Source of the DNA: Lytechinus pictus
Lineage: Eukaryota
NCBI RefSeq assembly: GCF_037042905.1
Contig: NC_087251.1
Span: 9,858,001-9,922,000 of the forward strand
Length of the DNA stretch: 64,000 bases
Direction of reading: 5' to 3'
Below, piece by piece: positions 35,201 to 46,900 of this stretch (within the stretch, counting starts at the first letter, position 1; each line of letters opens with the position of its first letter). The notes under the pieces were generated by a model. That model had not been told where the DNA came from. It saw only the letters and a list, made by a program, of their open reading frames with translations, and did no database searches. The translations under genes were made by a program, and so were the position numbers.

Positions 35201-36364
35201 CCCTTTTGATAGATTACTGCATGGAAAAAACTATTTGCTTTTATATTTTCGCTAAATTCAGAGGCGTTGTACAACATAAATAGCGAATATTCTTATTCGT
35301 GCAATGGTGCGATATTTCTCATTCGGTGAAAGGAAGACTCCGCTAACGCCTTGTTGAATAGAGCATCTTTCACCTCATGCGAAATCTCGCACTCATGCCT
35401 ATTTGCTATTTGTATAATCTTGTGGTAGTTAAATCCATTGTTAAATTTTAAAACTTTTTTCTTTAGGAACATCTACTCCCAAGTGTCCGAAGTCTCCAGT
35501 GCCATCACGAGTAGATCATTCTCATAGAAGAAGGTCACCTTCACCACCTCATGATCGCATACAGTACCAGCGTCAAGAACTTGAGAAGCAGAGAAGACAA
35601 CTGGAGGAGCAGCACCAATTCAGCAAGCACAGACCAGGAACTGTTGCTGGTAGAACTTCAAGCAGGAGTACATCATCTCCATCACCATCCAAACATTCAT
35701 CATCATCACCTCATCCTCCTACCAGCTCTTATAAGGGACCTAGGAAGCTGGATGGAGGGCGTACACAATCTGCTGGAGAGGTTACTGAAGGCAGAAAGCC
35801 TTCTGGTCCTGATGCAATAGGTCCAACAAGTCATAAACTAGCCCAACTCAGACGTAGCCATGGAAACAACCTTAACAGAAAGCTATGGCCGAAGTCGTGG
35901 GAACTTCAAGATAAAGTGAGCAGGTCAAGTGATGAGGGAGAAGAGATATTTGATCTTAAGCGTAAGTACCGTGTGTTAACTTCCTTTTACTCAGTGATGC
36001 ATTGTGGATATATCAAGTGAATAGATATGCATAATACAGAAGTACCAACACTGTCAAGTTCTTAAACTTTTGTTTTTAATCGCTTAATTTGGGAAACAAC
36101 TCTCTTTTAACACTTGGTAACTTTTTGTAGATCTTCCATAAGAATCTTAGTGTGTGGAATATGTGAAAAGAAATCATTGGATACAAAATATACATGTTCT
36201 TATGACTGTTAATTTCATTTTGATATTAATCAAAGTGATTTCATTGTTTTTCATTGCTCATAGAACACTTTTCACCAAGATGGAATGGACAGCTGAGACC
36301 TAGACATGTCCTACAATTCAGATCAGTAGGTGCCTCAAGACAAGAAGGACAGGCAGAAGCATGA
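20267..36364 (+). CDS. Ankyrin-repeat protein (inversin-like N-terminal ANK array, charged coiled-coil and S/P-rich C-terminus), about 1163 aa
   Basis: Exons 20267-20701, 21443-21636, 24133-24346, 26526-26781, 28158-28306, 28764-28917, 29212-29410, 30240-30373, 30836-30996, 31429-31885, 32381-32550, 32932-33009, 33723-33886, 34475-34605, 35467-35961, 36264-36364 total 3492 nt in frame, all GT-AG. About 15 ANK motifs (GRTALHWA, GLTPLMVA, GRTPLHLA, GASPLHYAAQMCG, KTPLLWASSAG, GCTPLFYA). The last exons are less certain. Confidence 0.88.
21949..22133. mobile_element. hAT-type MITE with 8-bp TSD
   Basis: TIR CAGGGGCGGATCCAGG / CCTGGATCCGCCACTG flanked by TATCTAAC at 21941-21948 and 22134-22141. 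Confidence 0.9.
25766..26368. mobile_element. Complete Kolobok-like MITE (TTAA TSD)
   Basis: TTAA|AGGACAAGTCCACC ... GGTGGACTTGGCCT|TTAA with long imperfect inverted arms (GAAAATTTCATCAAAATCGGATGTAAAATAAGAAAG and its reverse complement). Confidence 0.85.
29657..30117. repeat. Polypyrimidine minisatellite, about 8 units of 61/64 bp
   Basis: CCATTCCTTGTCTTCT.. starts at 29657, 29718, 29779, 29840, 29904, 29968, 30032, 30096. Confidence 0.95.
30395..30535. repeat. (TTA)n-rich microsatellite region
   Basis: Interrupted ATT/GTT triplet runs. Confidence 0.85.
33448..33623. mobile_element. Tc1/mariner (pogo/Tigger-like) MITE
   Basis: TA|CAGGTAACTCT ... AGAGTTACCTG|TA with repeated internal TTGACTTA motifs. 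Confidence 0.8.
35277..35412. repeat. Imperfect hairpin repeat, probably the end of an unclassified DNA element
   Basis: AAATAGCGAATA..GTGCGATATTTC..GGTGAAAG pairs with CTTTCACC..GAAATCTCGCAC..TATTTGCTATTT. Confidence 0.45.
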
Positions 36365-36489
36365 TCAACCGAAACAAATTGAGTAACACTGTCAAAATCA
36401 AACAGTGGAAGCGTTCCTGGCTATTCGCTTGTAGTTATCGTTGACGAAGCTGTATACACTTGGCATTAGACATAATTATGTTTCATTTG

Positions 36490-36613
36490 CAGGGATGCCA
36501 GTTTTCAGGCCCTGGCAATTTATTTCAGGCCGTAGTTTTTGCATTTTTGTGTACAAAATGTTGTATTCTAGGTGATTTTCATGCCCTCTGATCAATACCA
36601 ACTGGCATCCCTG
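36490..36613. mobile_element. Short MITE just downstream of the ankyrin stop
   Basis: TIR CAGGGATGCCAGTT / AACTGGCATCCCTG with flanking direct repeat CATTTG. Confidence 0.75.
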
Positions 36614-37785
36614 CATTTGGAATAAGAGGTGCCATGAATGCCTGATTGTGTAGACATCAGCTCTGCTGGAGACTTCATAGTGTCATCATCATCAAAAACC
36701 CTGACAGAAACTGGACTCCTGTTTTTCAGCTTGTTTTAGGCAATAAGTCACTTTATTACTTAGGATACTGTCAGATGCAACGTTTAACACCCCTAAAAGA
36801 GGGTGGGTGTCATATATTTAACACATGTGCCTCACCAAGTGCCTTATCGATAGGCTATTGGCAATGGTCTTTGTACAGAAATTACTGGAACTCATCAGGT
36901 TAATGTTCAATGTTCTGACGAAGAGGTTGTTGCAGATAATTAGATTCTTTTCAATTGCTTTTGTGTTGTTAACTCATCTTTTTTCTATGTATCCTTTGAT
37001 AATAAAGTGATGAGTAGTACAGTGTGCCAAATTTATCCTGCCCTTTGCTTCTTTCATCTTGCCTATTTTGATACAATCTTGGCTTTACATGTACTTTATC
37101 TATCACTCAATTCATCTCCCTATAGTAGTAATTGCATATGATCTTATTTCATTCAGTTTATGGAAGTAATAAATTCAATACTTTCTAGTTACATATTTAT
37201 TTATTCAAGGGATTTTCCTCATGAAACTGAACAAGATATTCATCTGCTGTTCAATGTTTATTTATAAACATGTATCAAGGCTGAAACATTTAATCAGAGG
37301 TTGTTTCATAAAGCAATGACTGTATTGCGATCACGTTAGCAAGACTGATATACTTTGAACACACATATTTGATGCAAAGTTTACTTACAACACTTTAAAT
37401 GTGTTTATCAGTTAAGAAGTCACACTTTGTTGAAATTCAAGAGAAAGAAAATTGGCTCGAATTTATGGACTTAAGATTCTGTTCAATCTTTATCTACCAG
37501 ATCTTGCTGATATTAAAACCTGTGTGTTTGAAATTTGTACCTTGCATATTATCATTTATGCTGAATGTTAATTTATTGATATTTTTCAGATTTCAAATGC
37601 CATTAGTCACTATAGTAACTTATTTTAGGTTTATTTATAATTACATTTCAAGTGCCTCGTATATGCTGTATAATGAAAAAAAATGCAACCGTTGAAAGGT
37701 GAAAAATACTTAAAATGTAATTGCATTCAATTTACCCCTCAACTTTGTTGGTGAGGAAAAGAGACACAATACAGTGTATTATATA

Positions 37786-38593
37786 CAGTGCGTCCCAGAA
37801 AAAACGAAACCGAGATTTAGCGATGATTTTATCATAACTTAATCACAAATACAATAGACAAATGACCTACCAATGTAAAGCTTAGAATCTCCTCTTTCAT
37901 CTGATATTACTTAGATTATTCCTCATTCACGCATGAGTGAGCAAAAACAATTGGAAGAAAGGATACCAAAAACTCATTTGGCGGGGGTATCTGAATTTTA
38001 AAAAGAAAATCACATGCATAAAAAGTTCAATATCTGCTCTTTAATTTGATACCTTAATCACAAAAAATGGTCAAGAAGTAAAAAAATTACGTTCCCTCAA
38101 AACAATGCTTGTATTTCCATAATTTCACTGAATAAACGTTTTTTCACCGGTTTCCCACAGAAGCTATCGCATGGTTAACAAAAGACTTCATGCATGGCTG
38201 ATCGTCAACAAAACGGAGTGTCGAGTGAGTTTGTACGCTAGCCTGTAAAACCTCTTCATTTTATGAAATTATTGAAATTCAAGCCTTATTTCAAATAACC
38301 AGAACTTTCTTATTTCTTGACCATTTTCTGTAATTGAGGTATCAAATTAAAGAGCAGATATTGAACTTTTTAGAAATGTGGTTTTCTTTTTGAAACCCAG
38401 ATACAGCCCGCCAAATTACTTTTTGGTATCCCCTTTTCAAATTGTTTTTGCTCACTCATGCGTGAATGAGAAATAATCTAAGTAATTTCAGATGAAAGAG
38501 GAGATTCTAAGCTGTCATTTGTCTATTGTATTTGTGATTAAGTTATGATAAATCATCGATAAATCTCGGTTTCGTTTTTTGTGGGACGCACTG
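37786..38593. mobile_element. Tc1/mariner-type MITE with ~300-bp TIRs
   Basis: TA|CAGTGCGTCCCAGAAAAAACGAAACCGAGATTTA ... TAAATCTCGGTTTCGTTTTTGTGGGACGCACTG|TA. The arms stay complementary for roughly 300 bp. Confidence 0.92.
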
Positions 38594-40867
38594 TATATAT
38601 CAGATTTATTCCATCCAACCTTGATGTATTGTTTTGTTATTATGTCCTGTCAATTATGTCTTGTATAGATATGTAATATCAAATATTATGATAGCTCATT
38701 CATAATTTGATGTAATGTATATATCTTAATACTAGTATATTATCATGCACATGACAATCATGATCTTAATTGGAAATTGAACAAATCTATTTTATTTTTA
38801 TTTATACATGTATGTTTCAGAGGCTGATGTGCAATATAACAGTAGCATCTAAACCTTGAATATTTATTCATCCAGTCAACCTCGCATACCACTTCACAGG
38901 TTTTAGTAAACTATAGTCATAATCATCATCAGTCCATAAGATATTTCATTACATTGTAACTTGAGGCTGCTCAAAGCTGTCTCGTCTGTTGAACCTGTGG
39001 TTGATTCCAAATGTTTTGGGTTTTTTTTTGTCTCTCCTGCAAAGTTAAGAGGCCTCTGTAGCCATTGTGTTGACCTTATCTAATGCAAAGCAAGCTTAAG
39101 TCCCAAAATCAAGCATAATTGGGTGTTGCAAGCAAGCTGAGATGGAATTGAAAATATCTTTCTTCCATGCGTCTGCTTGTTTATATAGCCTGTGCTACCA
39201 CAAGGCACATTTGGTTGGAGAAAATTATTATATGTTGTTTTATGATGTGATGCTCTGCACTATACATATTAATTCATAATTATACAATTAAACTGGACAG
39301 TTATGCTAATAATTAGGAAATATTTGAGAAATTTCTCAAACAGCTTGTGTACTTGAATAATAACTATAGAATACTGACAAGCGCAAGCATTTCCCCAAGG
39401 AAAGCAAATTTCAAAAGAAAAGAAAGTAACAAATTAATTTGGAAATATTTCTTCTCAACACCTACTAAGCGAGCGAAGTTTTAATTCAAGTCAACCAAAA
39501 CTTGTAAAATTGCTTTAATTTGTTAGGTGGGTCCAAAAATAACAAGAGAATAAGAGAAAGGTCTTAGGGTCATGTTCAACTTATGCAGTATTTCCGTTTA
39601 TAAGAGGTTGACTGAATTTAATACAACAGTCCTGAGCTTTCTTGTCAAAATAAATTTGCAACATATGAGCTCAAGATTTCTTTTGTCACATATTTTCTGT
39701 GACCGTGTGTTTGAATGTGTTATGATTGAAAATAGATAAAGGTAAATGGGAAGCTATAAAGGGTATCAGAGAGATAGGGAGTGGAGGGAAGTGTGAGTAA
39801 AAGAGAAAGACAGAAATATGAAAAAAATACTTTATTTGGAGCTTTGAATATTTTTACTATACATCTACTGTATAACAAAGGAGAGAGTATTGTATAGGTA
39901 GGTGGTAGTGAGAAGCACAGAAAGTGATAAAAGGAGCAATAAGCATGAGTATACAAGTGAGTATGCAGAGTAGAAAAGGAGAAGATGGAGGGGTGGGTCA
40001 GTAGATCAAGAATGTGAATAGAAGAAAGAGTGGAAGGATTATGTCATTGCATACAGCTAAACTTTATTCCTCCATTGCCGGATATGATATAATACACATC
40101 TAATTTCTAAAGTATTCAAATACGTATGATGTGTATAGTTAGATTGGACAAACATGAACCCACATAGAAGTTAATTATGTACATCAAAATGTTCTTTGAT
40201 TATCAAGAGACAAAGCCATGTTAAGTAGATGATGACCTTCAAGCTGAAAATATCAAAGCTTTTTGAAAACATTTCAACAGGACAACCGATGACCTAAAAC
40301 ATACATCCGGCAATGATCCATGGTAAATGAAGGCAGACCTTAAAAAAAAGAAACCTCAATGATTTGAAGCAACTCTACGTACTGGTTAAAAAAAAGAGAG
40401 ACAGTAAGTAATCCGGTAAAGAAATTAAAAATGTATTTCATAGCTCTTCACCTGTACATATGCTGCAATCATATTTTTTGTGCATATATATTTAAATACA
40501 ACATCATGCTTAACAGAGAAAATAAATTCTCCACAATCTCAGAGCAACATAGTCATGCATTTGGACATAGTCCACACAGAATAATTATTTCATTATAACA
40601 GCAATACAATTCAAGACAGAGCTTAGAGTGATATATTTCACTTGCTGTTCAATCAAACTTCATATTTGTCTGAATATGAACAATTTCTACACGACAGCTT
40701 AATAGAAGCTGAGAATGATGTTTAAGTTCTTAAAAGAACAGTTTGTAATTTATGTCATTGCAAGAATTTTATTCAACTTGGTCTATTATGACACAAGTTA
40801 TAGCAGAGAATACTATACACAAAGCACATATAGTGTTATTCATGCTTAACTGCTCTTACAAACTCTA

Positions 40868-41074
40868 CTGGGGGTATTTCACAAAGATTTAAGTATGACT
40901 TCAAGTCGCACTTAAATGCCCACGCGCAACACGCAATCTGATTGACGGATACGCAATAGTGCGTGTCCCGTTCGCATGATCAGACCAATGTGGTGATGTC
41001 TTCTATAACGTACGCAACTGGGAATTTAAGTGCAACTCTAAGTCACACTTAAATCTGTGTAAAACATCCCCCAG
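40868..41074. mobile_element. Palindromic MITE
   Basis: CTGGGGGTATTTCACAAAGATTTAAGTATGACTT ... AAGTCACACTTAAATCTGTGTAAAACATCCCCCAG. Confidence 0.78.
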
Positions 41075-43989
41075 GACTTTCTATTTCGTAAATTCTAATA
41101 ATGAATGAGAACTGTATGGAAGCAAACATTAGCAAAAGGGAAATTGATATTAGAAATCGAATGATACAAAGAGAAATATATCTTGTTTTAAATGGTGTAT
41201 ACATAAAACTTAACTTAACAGATTTCTCATGAACTATCATTTTACTAGAAAGAAATTCAAAACAGAAAGGAATTGAAAAAGAAAACAATTTACTGTATTA
41301 AGTTGAAGCCCCATACCTTTCTAGAACATAATGATGAGTTTATCAAACTCAGTCATGCATAAAAGTATAGTTTGAAAAATAATTATCAGACCAATATCCC
41401 ACTAAGCTCCCATATGGTACAGTCTAATAGTTGATTACGGTACCAATGCTTTACATACATGTATATTTCGCTTCTTTCACCAGCCATTCATAGTTTACAG
41501 TCATTTAAATATGGAAAATTACCTTCATTGCAACTTACCACCTTGCACAATGAACACAATATTTTCCTTCATAAATGGTAATGAAATATTTGAAATGAAT
41601 TTAATTGAATTATGCCTTCCAAGACAAGAAGGCTCAGTGAGGGATCATTTGCTTCATAAGATGTTTATTAAATTCAAAATCTCCTTACCGAGTCCCTTTG
41701 ATAGGAAGTAAGGTCATAATCCTCTGGTTGTTTACTTGGAAGCAATGCTTTTAAAGCATATCAATCAGCATTAAACCAATCTTGCTTTCTACATATACCA
41801 TCATTGTACGTAAATTGACTGAGACCCTATCATCCGACGTTATAATTTATGTAACAGCATGTTGAAAGTATTTGTTCTCTTTATAAGAAAATCCAAATAT
41901 GAAATTCATTGTGTCAAAGCAGAAAAACAAGAAAACACAATGGTGAAAATCTGTGAGATTATTTTGCCAATTTTTAAATATTTCGTAAGAGCTGAAAAAT
42001 TATTGCAACAGCAAAAAAAAGGCTCTCCTTCCTCCCTAAACAATGTGCAGCAGTTTCGTAAAGTTACATGATATACAGCAATGTAGGATTGAGGCAAGTC
42101 ACTTGAAATTATACCATTTTGCTCAATCCTCTTTCTTTCACACTCTCTCTCATTCATAATTCATAGACAATACATTTGAGACCTGGTAATGACGAAAATC
42201 ACAACTTGCAGAGAATCCCATCAAAGTTATACAATGAATCATTTAGACCTCCTACTAGTACCTGATTATGATAGGCAAGCAAAACTGATGCTTACACATG
42301 TAAGACTAAAGAATCTTATATATGGCATGGAATTATTAGCGAAGACTTACATAGAGAAAATAGAATAACTAGAGCCATCACCATCAGGATACATAGTGCA
42401 TGTAGTCCCATAAATGCATTAGTGAGTTTGCTTGATTTCTTATATTTTCCTATAGATGTATTCAATTTTTATTTGAAATGGGTTTCTCTTGAAGTGCAGT
42501 TCCACTGCCAAAACTCCAAAGATCACCTTGACTTAATCTATATGAGCAGAATTATAACAAGGTTAATCATTCACACATATCAATCTTTCAACTAGCCCAC
42601 ATCAACATATAACATATATCTCATGTTGCCAAAGTGGGTTTACTTTAGTGACTAAAGTCAATATTCAATTCAATACCTACATGAAAGTGAGAAAGAAAAA
42701 TGTACAGTGTATACAACTGAAGTTTTTTTTTTTTTTTATCCAATTAATGAATTATGTTCAAAATAGGACCCATTTCTTGGATACTTAGGCCTGTATTCTG
42801 AACTATAGTTTAATTCAAACTCTGGTCTAAAGTTGCAGTTTAACTATGGAAAGCTAATTCTCACACAAATCTTTAACAGTACAAGTTTAACTTATCAGGT
42901 CAACTGTCACTCAAATCATTCGTAATTGTTTGGAAATAATACGTGAATAGGTTTGTTTGTTTTTTCGCCATAATAGCATGATGAAAAAGTACAATGAACA
43001 TTAGAAACATACAATGTAAACAAAGAGTTGACATTTTTGGCTTCCCATAAATTTAGCACAGAGTATGACTATGGCCTAATTTAAGCTGGACTTTTGCCTT
43101 TGAGTTAAGTAAAATTCCAAATACTGAATCAAGTATGATGCAAGTGATTTCCCCAAACTATGAAAAACACTTAAAAGCTTTCCTCAATTCAAACACTGAA
43201 TTTAATACCAGCACATGGCAATGAATTTGAGCAATATCAAATAAACATTATTTCTGGATCAAGCATTGATCAGTAGGTTCTACACCCAAGAACAAACAAA
43301 ATATGAATCATTGCTTCTCAGCACTTGGACAACAAAATTGAATAAATAAACCTCTAATTGATATTTCAATGTCTAAATTAAACCACTAATCTACATACCC
43401 TAAAATTCAAAATAATATCAAATGCAGATTGCATAATATTTTTCAGTCACATAATTATCAATTGAAAATAAGAACCACCTATTAATTGAAATTCAATTTT
43501 CTCTACTCACTTTCAAATGCTTCCAATAGTGTAATTCCTTTCAAAGAACACTGTATAGTGTTAAGGCTGAAATAAACTTCATTCACAATGTCAAGAGGCC
43601 ACATGTAGACACAGCCTGATCATATGCCAAAATGGCACTGTCATCCGCTTTAGTCTCAGCCACAAAGGCCCTTTTAATATGGCCAGAAAGATAAGTTTGA
43701 TGTTATTACAATCCAAATATCCTCTATGATGAAGAACACTATCGGCAAAGCTTTGCTGATAGTCAAATCTTCTTGTCCAATAATCTTCTGGAGCCAAATT
43801 TGACGAACAGTTGTCATGGGAATCAATGACTCTGTTCCTAGCATTTTTGCCCGACTACCAATCACCTCAAGCAGAAACAAATCGGATCACAGCATTCTTC
43901 CACAGTCCTTAAGATTAAATCATCAAACAGAAGGAAACCAACAAGAAAAAAGAAAGGTCCAATATGGTATGGTTATTGTCCTGATTCAT

Positions 43990-46900
43990 TTACTTCCACT
44001 TGCCTGGCCATTGTTGATCTTTAGCAGTAAGGGGTACATAGACTACACCCATGAGAGTCTTCTTTGTGATTTGTCCTTCTTGTGATTTGTCATACTGCTC
44101 TAGATTCTGAGCTGCTCCTTGTGGTCCTACCGGGATGATGAGACGACCACCAGGCTTCAGTTGCTCAATCAGCTGGTTAAAGAAAAAGATAAATACAACC
44201 TCAATCCATTTACAATAAGATCATTTCTGCATTTAATCCAATTAATTTTCTACTTACATAATAGATCTGCAAACGTGTGGATTGGGGGAAGGTGGTTGAG
44301 ATGCACCAATGAGAGAGGGTCTACCCCCCCCCCCCCGAAAAAAAGTAATAAAAGTAAATAACTGTCCCAAAAGAGTAGGTTCAACTCGTACAAATTTCAT
44401 GATGTTGTGCCATTATCGTTGAATTTTCAAATATCAAAAATGCTTTTTTTTCAATGGATTCTTAGTTGCTTTTTATCATTGAAAAACATCCTACTCTCCA
44501 ATCAGAGTTCAAAATTGGATATGTTATTGGTAATTTGTTCAAATCCAGTATTGCCTATAAACATCAACTCACTGCCTGTGGTAATGTTGGAGCAGCAGCA
44601 CCAACATGAATAGCATCATATGGGGCACCAGAAGCATATCCTTGTCTACCATCACCAACTGGAAATTAAAATAAATCATAAGGATTTAAAAGTTACAATG
44701 AAGACTGGTTATTTTCCTTTTTCCATATAATGGACAGTGTAAACATGTAAAATGATTTTTTTTCTTCAAATATCTATTTCAGCAACGTAACAAGAGTTGA
44801 AACAGATGATAATACACCCATGAAAATTCAATATTATGTCTCTAACTTGAGTTACTGTTATTCACCCTCAAATATACACAGCATATGAGTATTGTAATTT
44901 CTTTGAGAATCAATATAGTACAAGACAAAAATAAACAGCTCTACTTTTATCAAGGGTGAGGACAGAACATGGTAAAACTTCAATCTCATTTATGGGTTCA
45001 CAAATCTGGAATAGCCTTCCTGATGAAGTCAAATGGCTTAAATCTGTAAATTCATATGCAGAACACTTAAAATCATTTTCATACAAGAATATTCATAAGT
45101 TCTTCAATCACTTGTAAATATTGTATATATGTTTTTATTCATTTGTATGCAATCTTGCTTGTACCCTATCGTGCTAGAACTATTCATACACTTTCATTTT
45201 ATTTACACTAGATATATTATTTTATGCAAAGTATAACTTGTAAACTTACATTTTAAACGTTATTTCATGCTATTAATTATGATTATGTATATTATAGGAT
45301 AGGATAGGGCTCCACCTCCCATTAGCAGTACTTGCTATTTCTGTGAAATCCTTTTTCCAATGAAGTATACAACAAATAACCTTGTATAAATGTATTTGAC
45401 ATTGTTTTGGTAATAAATTCAGTTGTTCAGTTCGAAAAGACACATTTCTTACAATATAAAAAGCCATACCATAACTCACCTACTAGCTGCATCCTACCCG
45501 ATGTTAGAAGATCAGGGTTATCCTTTTCTATATTCTTCCTAGATTTATCAACCAATTCTTTGATGTGGTCTATCCCTACTACCTTCCCTGTGGATCCAAC
45601 CTAAAAGATAAAGATAATGTAAAAGTTATAAGGGTTTAATTTCTGCTATATGCATAGAAAGGACATTAAATTTTAAGTTAAATCAAGTGTTTAAATTTTG
45701 GCCAAAATTATCCAAAGTTTATAGACAAGTCATCAAAATAATGTGTGGTGTTTTCTAATAGCATGAATGCCATCCTTATTTTGGTATCTAGTCTTCATGA
45801 ATCAGGTCACAGATAAGATTCCAAGTCTGATTGAGGTGTTTACTAAGAGATGTATTAATTTAATGATCATAAATCATTACTACTAACAATAGGCTTCAAT
45901 TTGATCAAGATTCTCATGATTTCTATCTTTCCATTTTCAGTATGATTGGCTAAGATCAAGATTCTTATCATGACCGCCATCCATGCAATTATTCATGATA
46001 TTAGCTCACATTCTATCAAAATTCTTGGAATGATTTCCATCCATCTAATGTGATTGTTCACACTCTAAATAACAAAAATATCAATATGATGCCTGATATT
46101 CTTTTCAGATTCCTACCAGATTACCATCCATCAAATTATGAATATATATATGTTTTATATTCTTACCATGATTGCCATACAGGAAGTCAAATAACCACTT
46201 CCAGATCCAACATCCAATGCTGACTTGCCTTCACTAAGATGGTCTTTCAGTAGTTCAAGGGCATGTGCATGCTGGAAGATAAAGACACAATATATTTGTT
46301 ATTATTATGACTATTTTACAGTGGCACAGTTTCACTTTTAGACTTTCCAATATTCCATTATATTATGAGCTTTCAAGGTTTGAATGGTGGTAAGACTAGG
46401 GTGATAAGATTTGCAGTGACACCATGTAAGGTAGTTCTGAAAAGAACTGCTTGGTAATCTTTCTAATAATTGTTCTTAAAACAATTGTTAGTTTCAACGT
46501 TTTAAGCATGAAGAGCAGAGTTCTCATGTATTTATTTTTTATGAATCAAAGCAGACCTAGCAGTTTGCATTGCAATCAACATTAGGCTAACAAACAATTA
46601 AAAATCATATCAATTTGCAGACAGTAGGGGAAGGCGGGGTAAGTTGAGACACTTTTTGCATTTTGCATGATAGAATTGATATGACTAATGATATTGTAAA
46701 AATAAGTACCTCACCTTTAAATATGATTCTTGGGAAATCTTTTTCACCTATATACAACTTTCTACCCCCACACAGAAAGTCGTTGTGACCTTTGAAAAAA
46801 AACGATGTCAAGTGGCACAACTTGCCCCATCTGTGGGGTAAGTTGTGCCACCTTCTAGGGTAAGTTGAGCCACAAAAACTACATGTACAAAATGAATGAG

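Noticed and set aside
37095-37125. GDEL-coding stretch as PCMT1 last exon
   Set aside because: Reads GDELSDR*, so DEL is not terminal, and it is out of phase with the GC donor. No exact K/R/HDEL-stop exon was found by eye.
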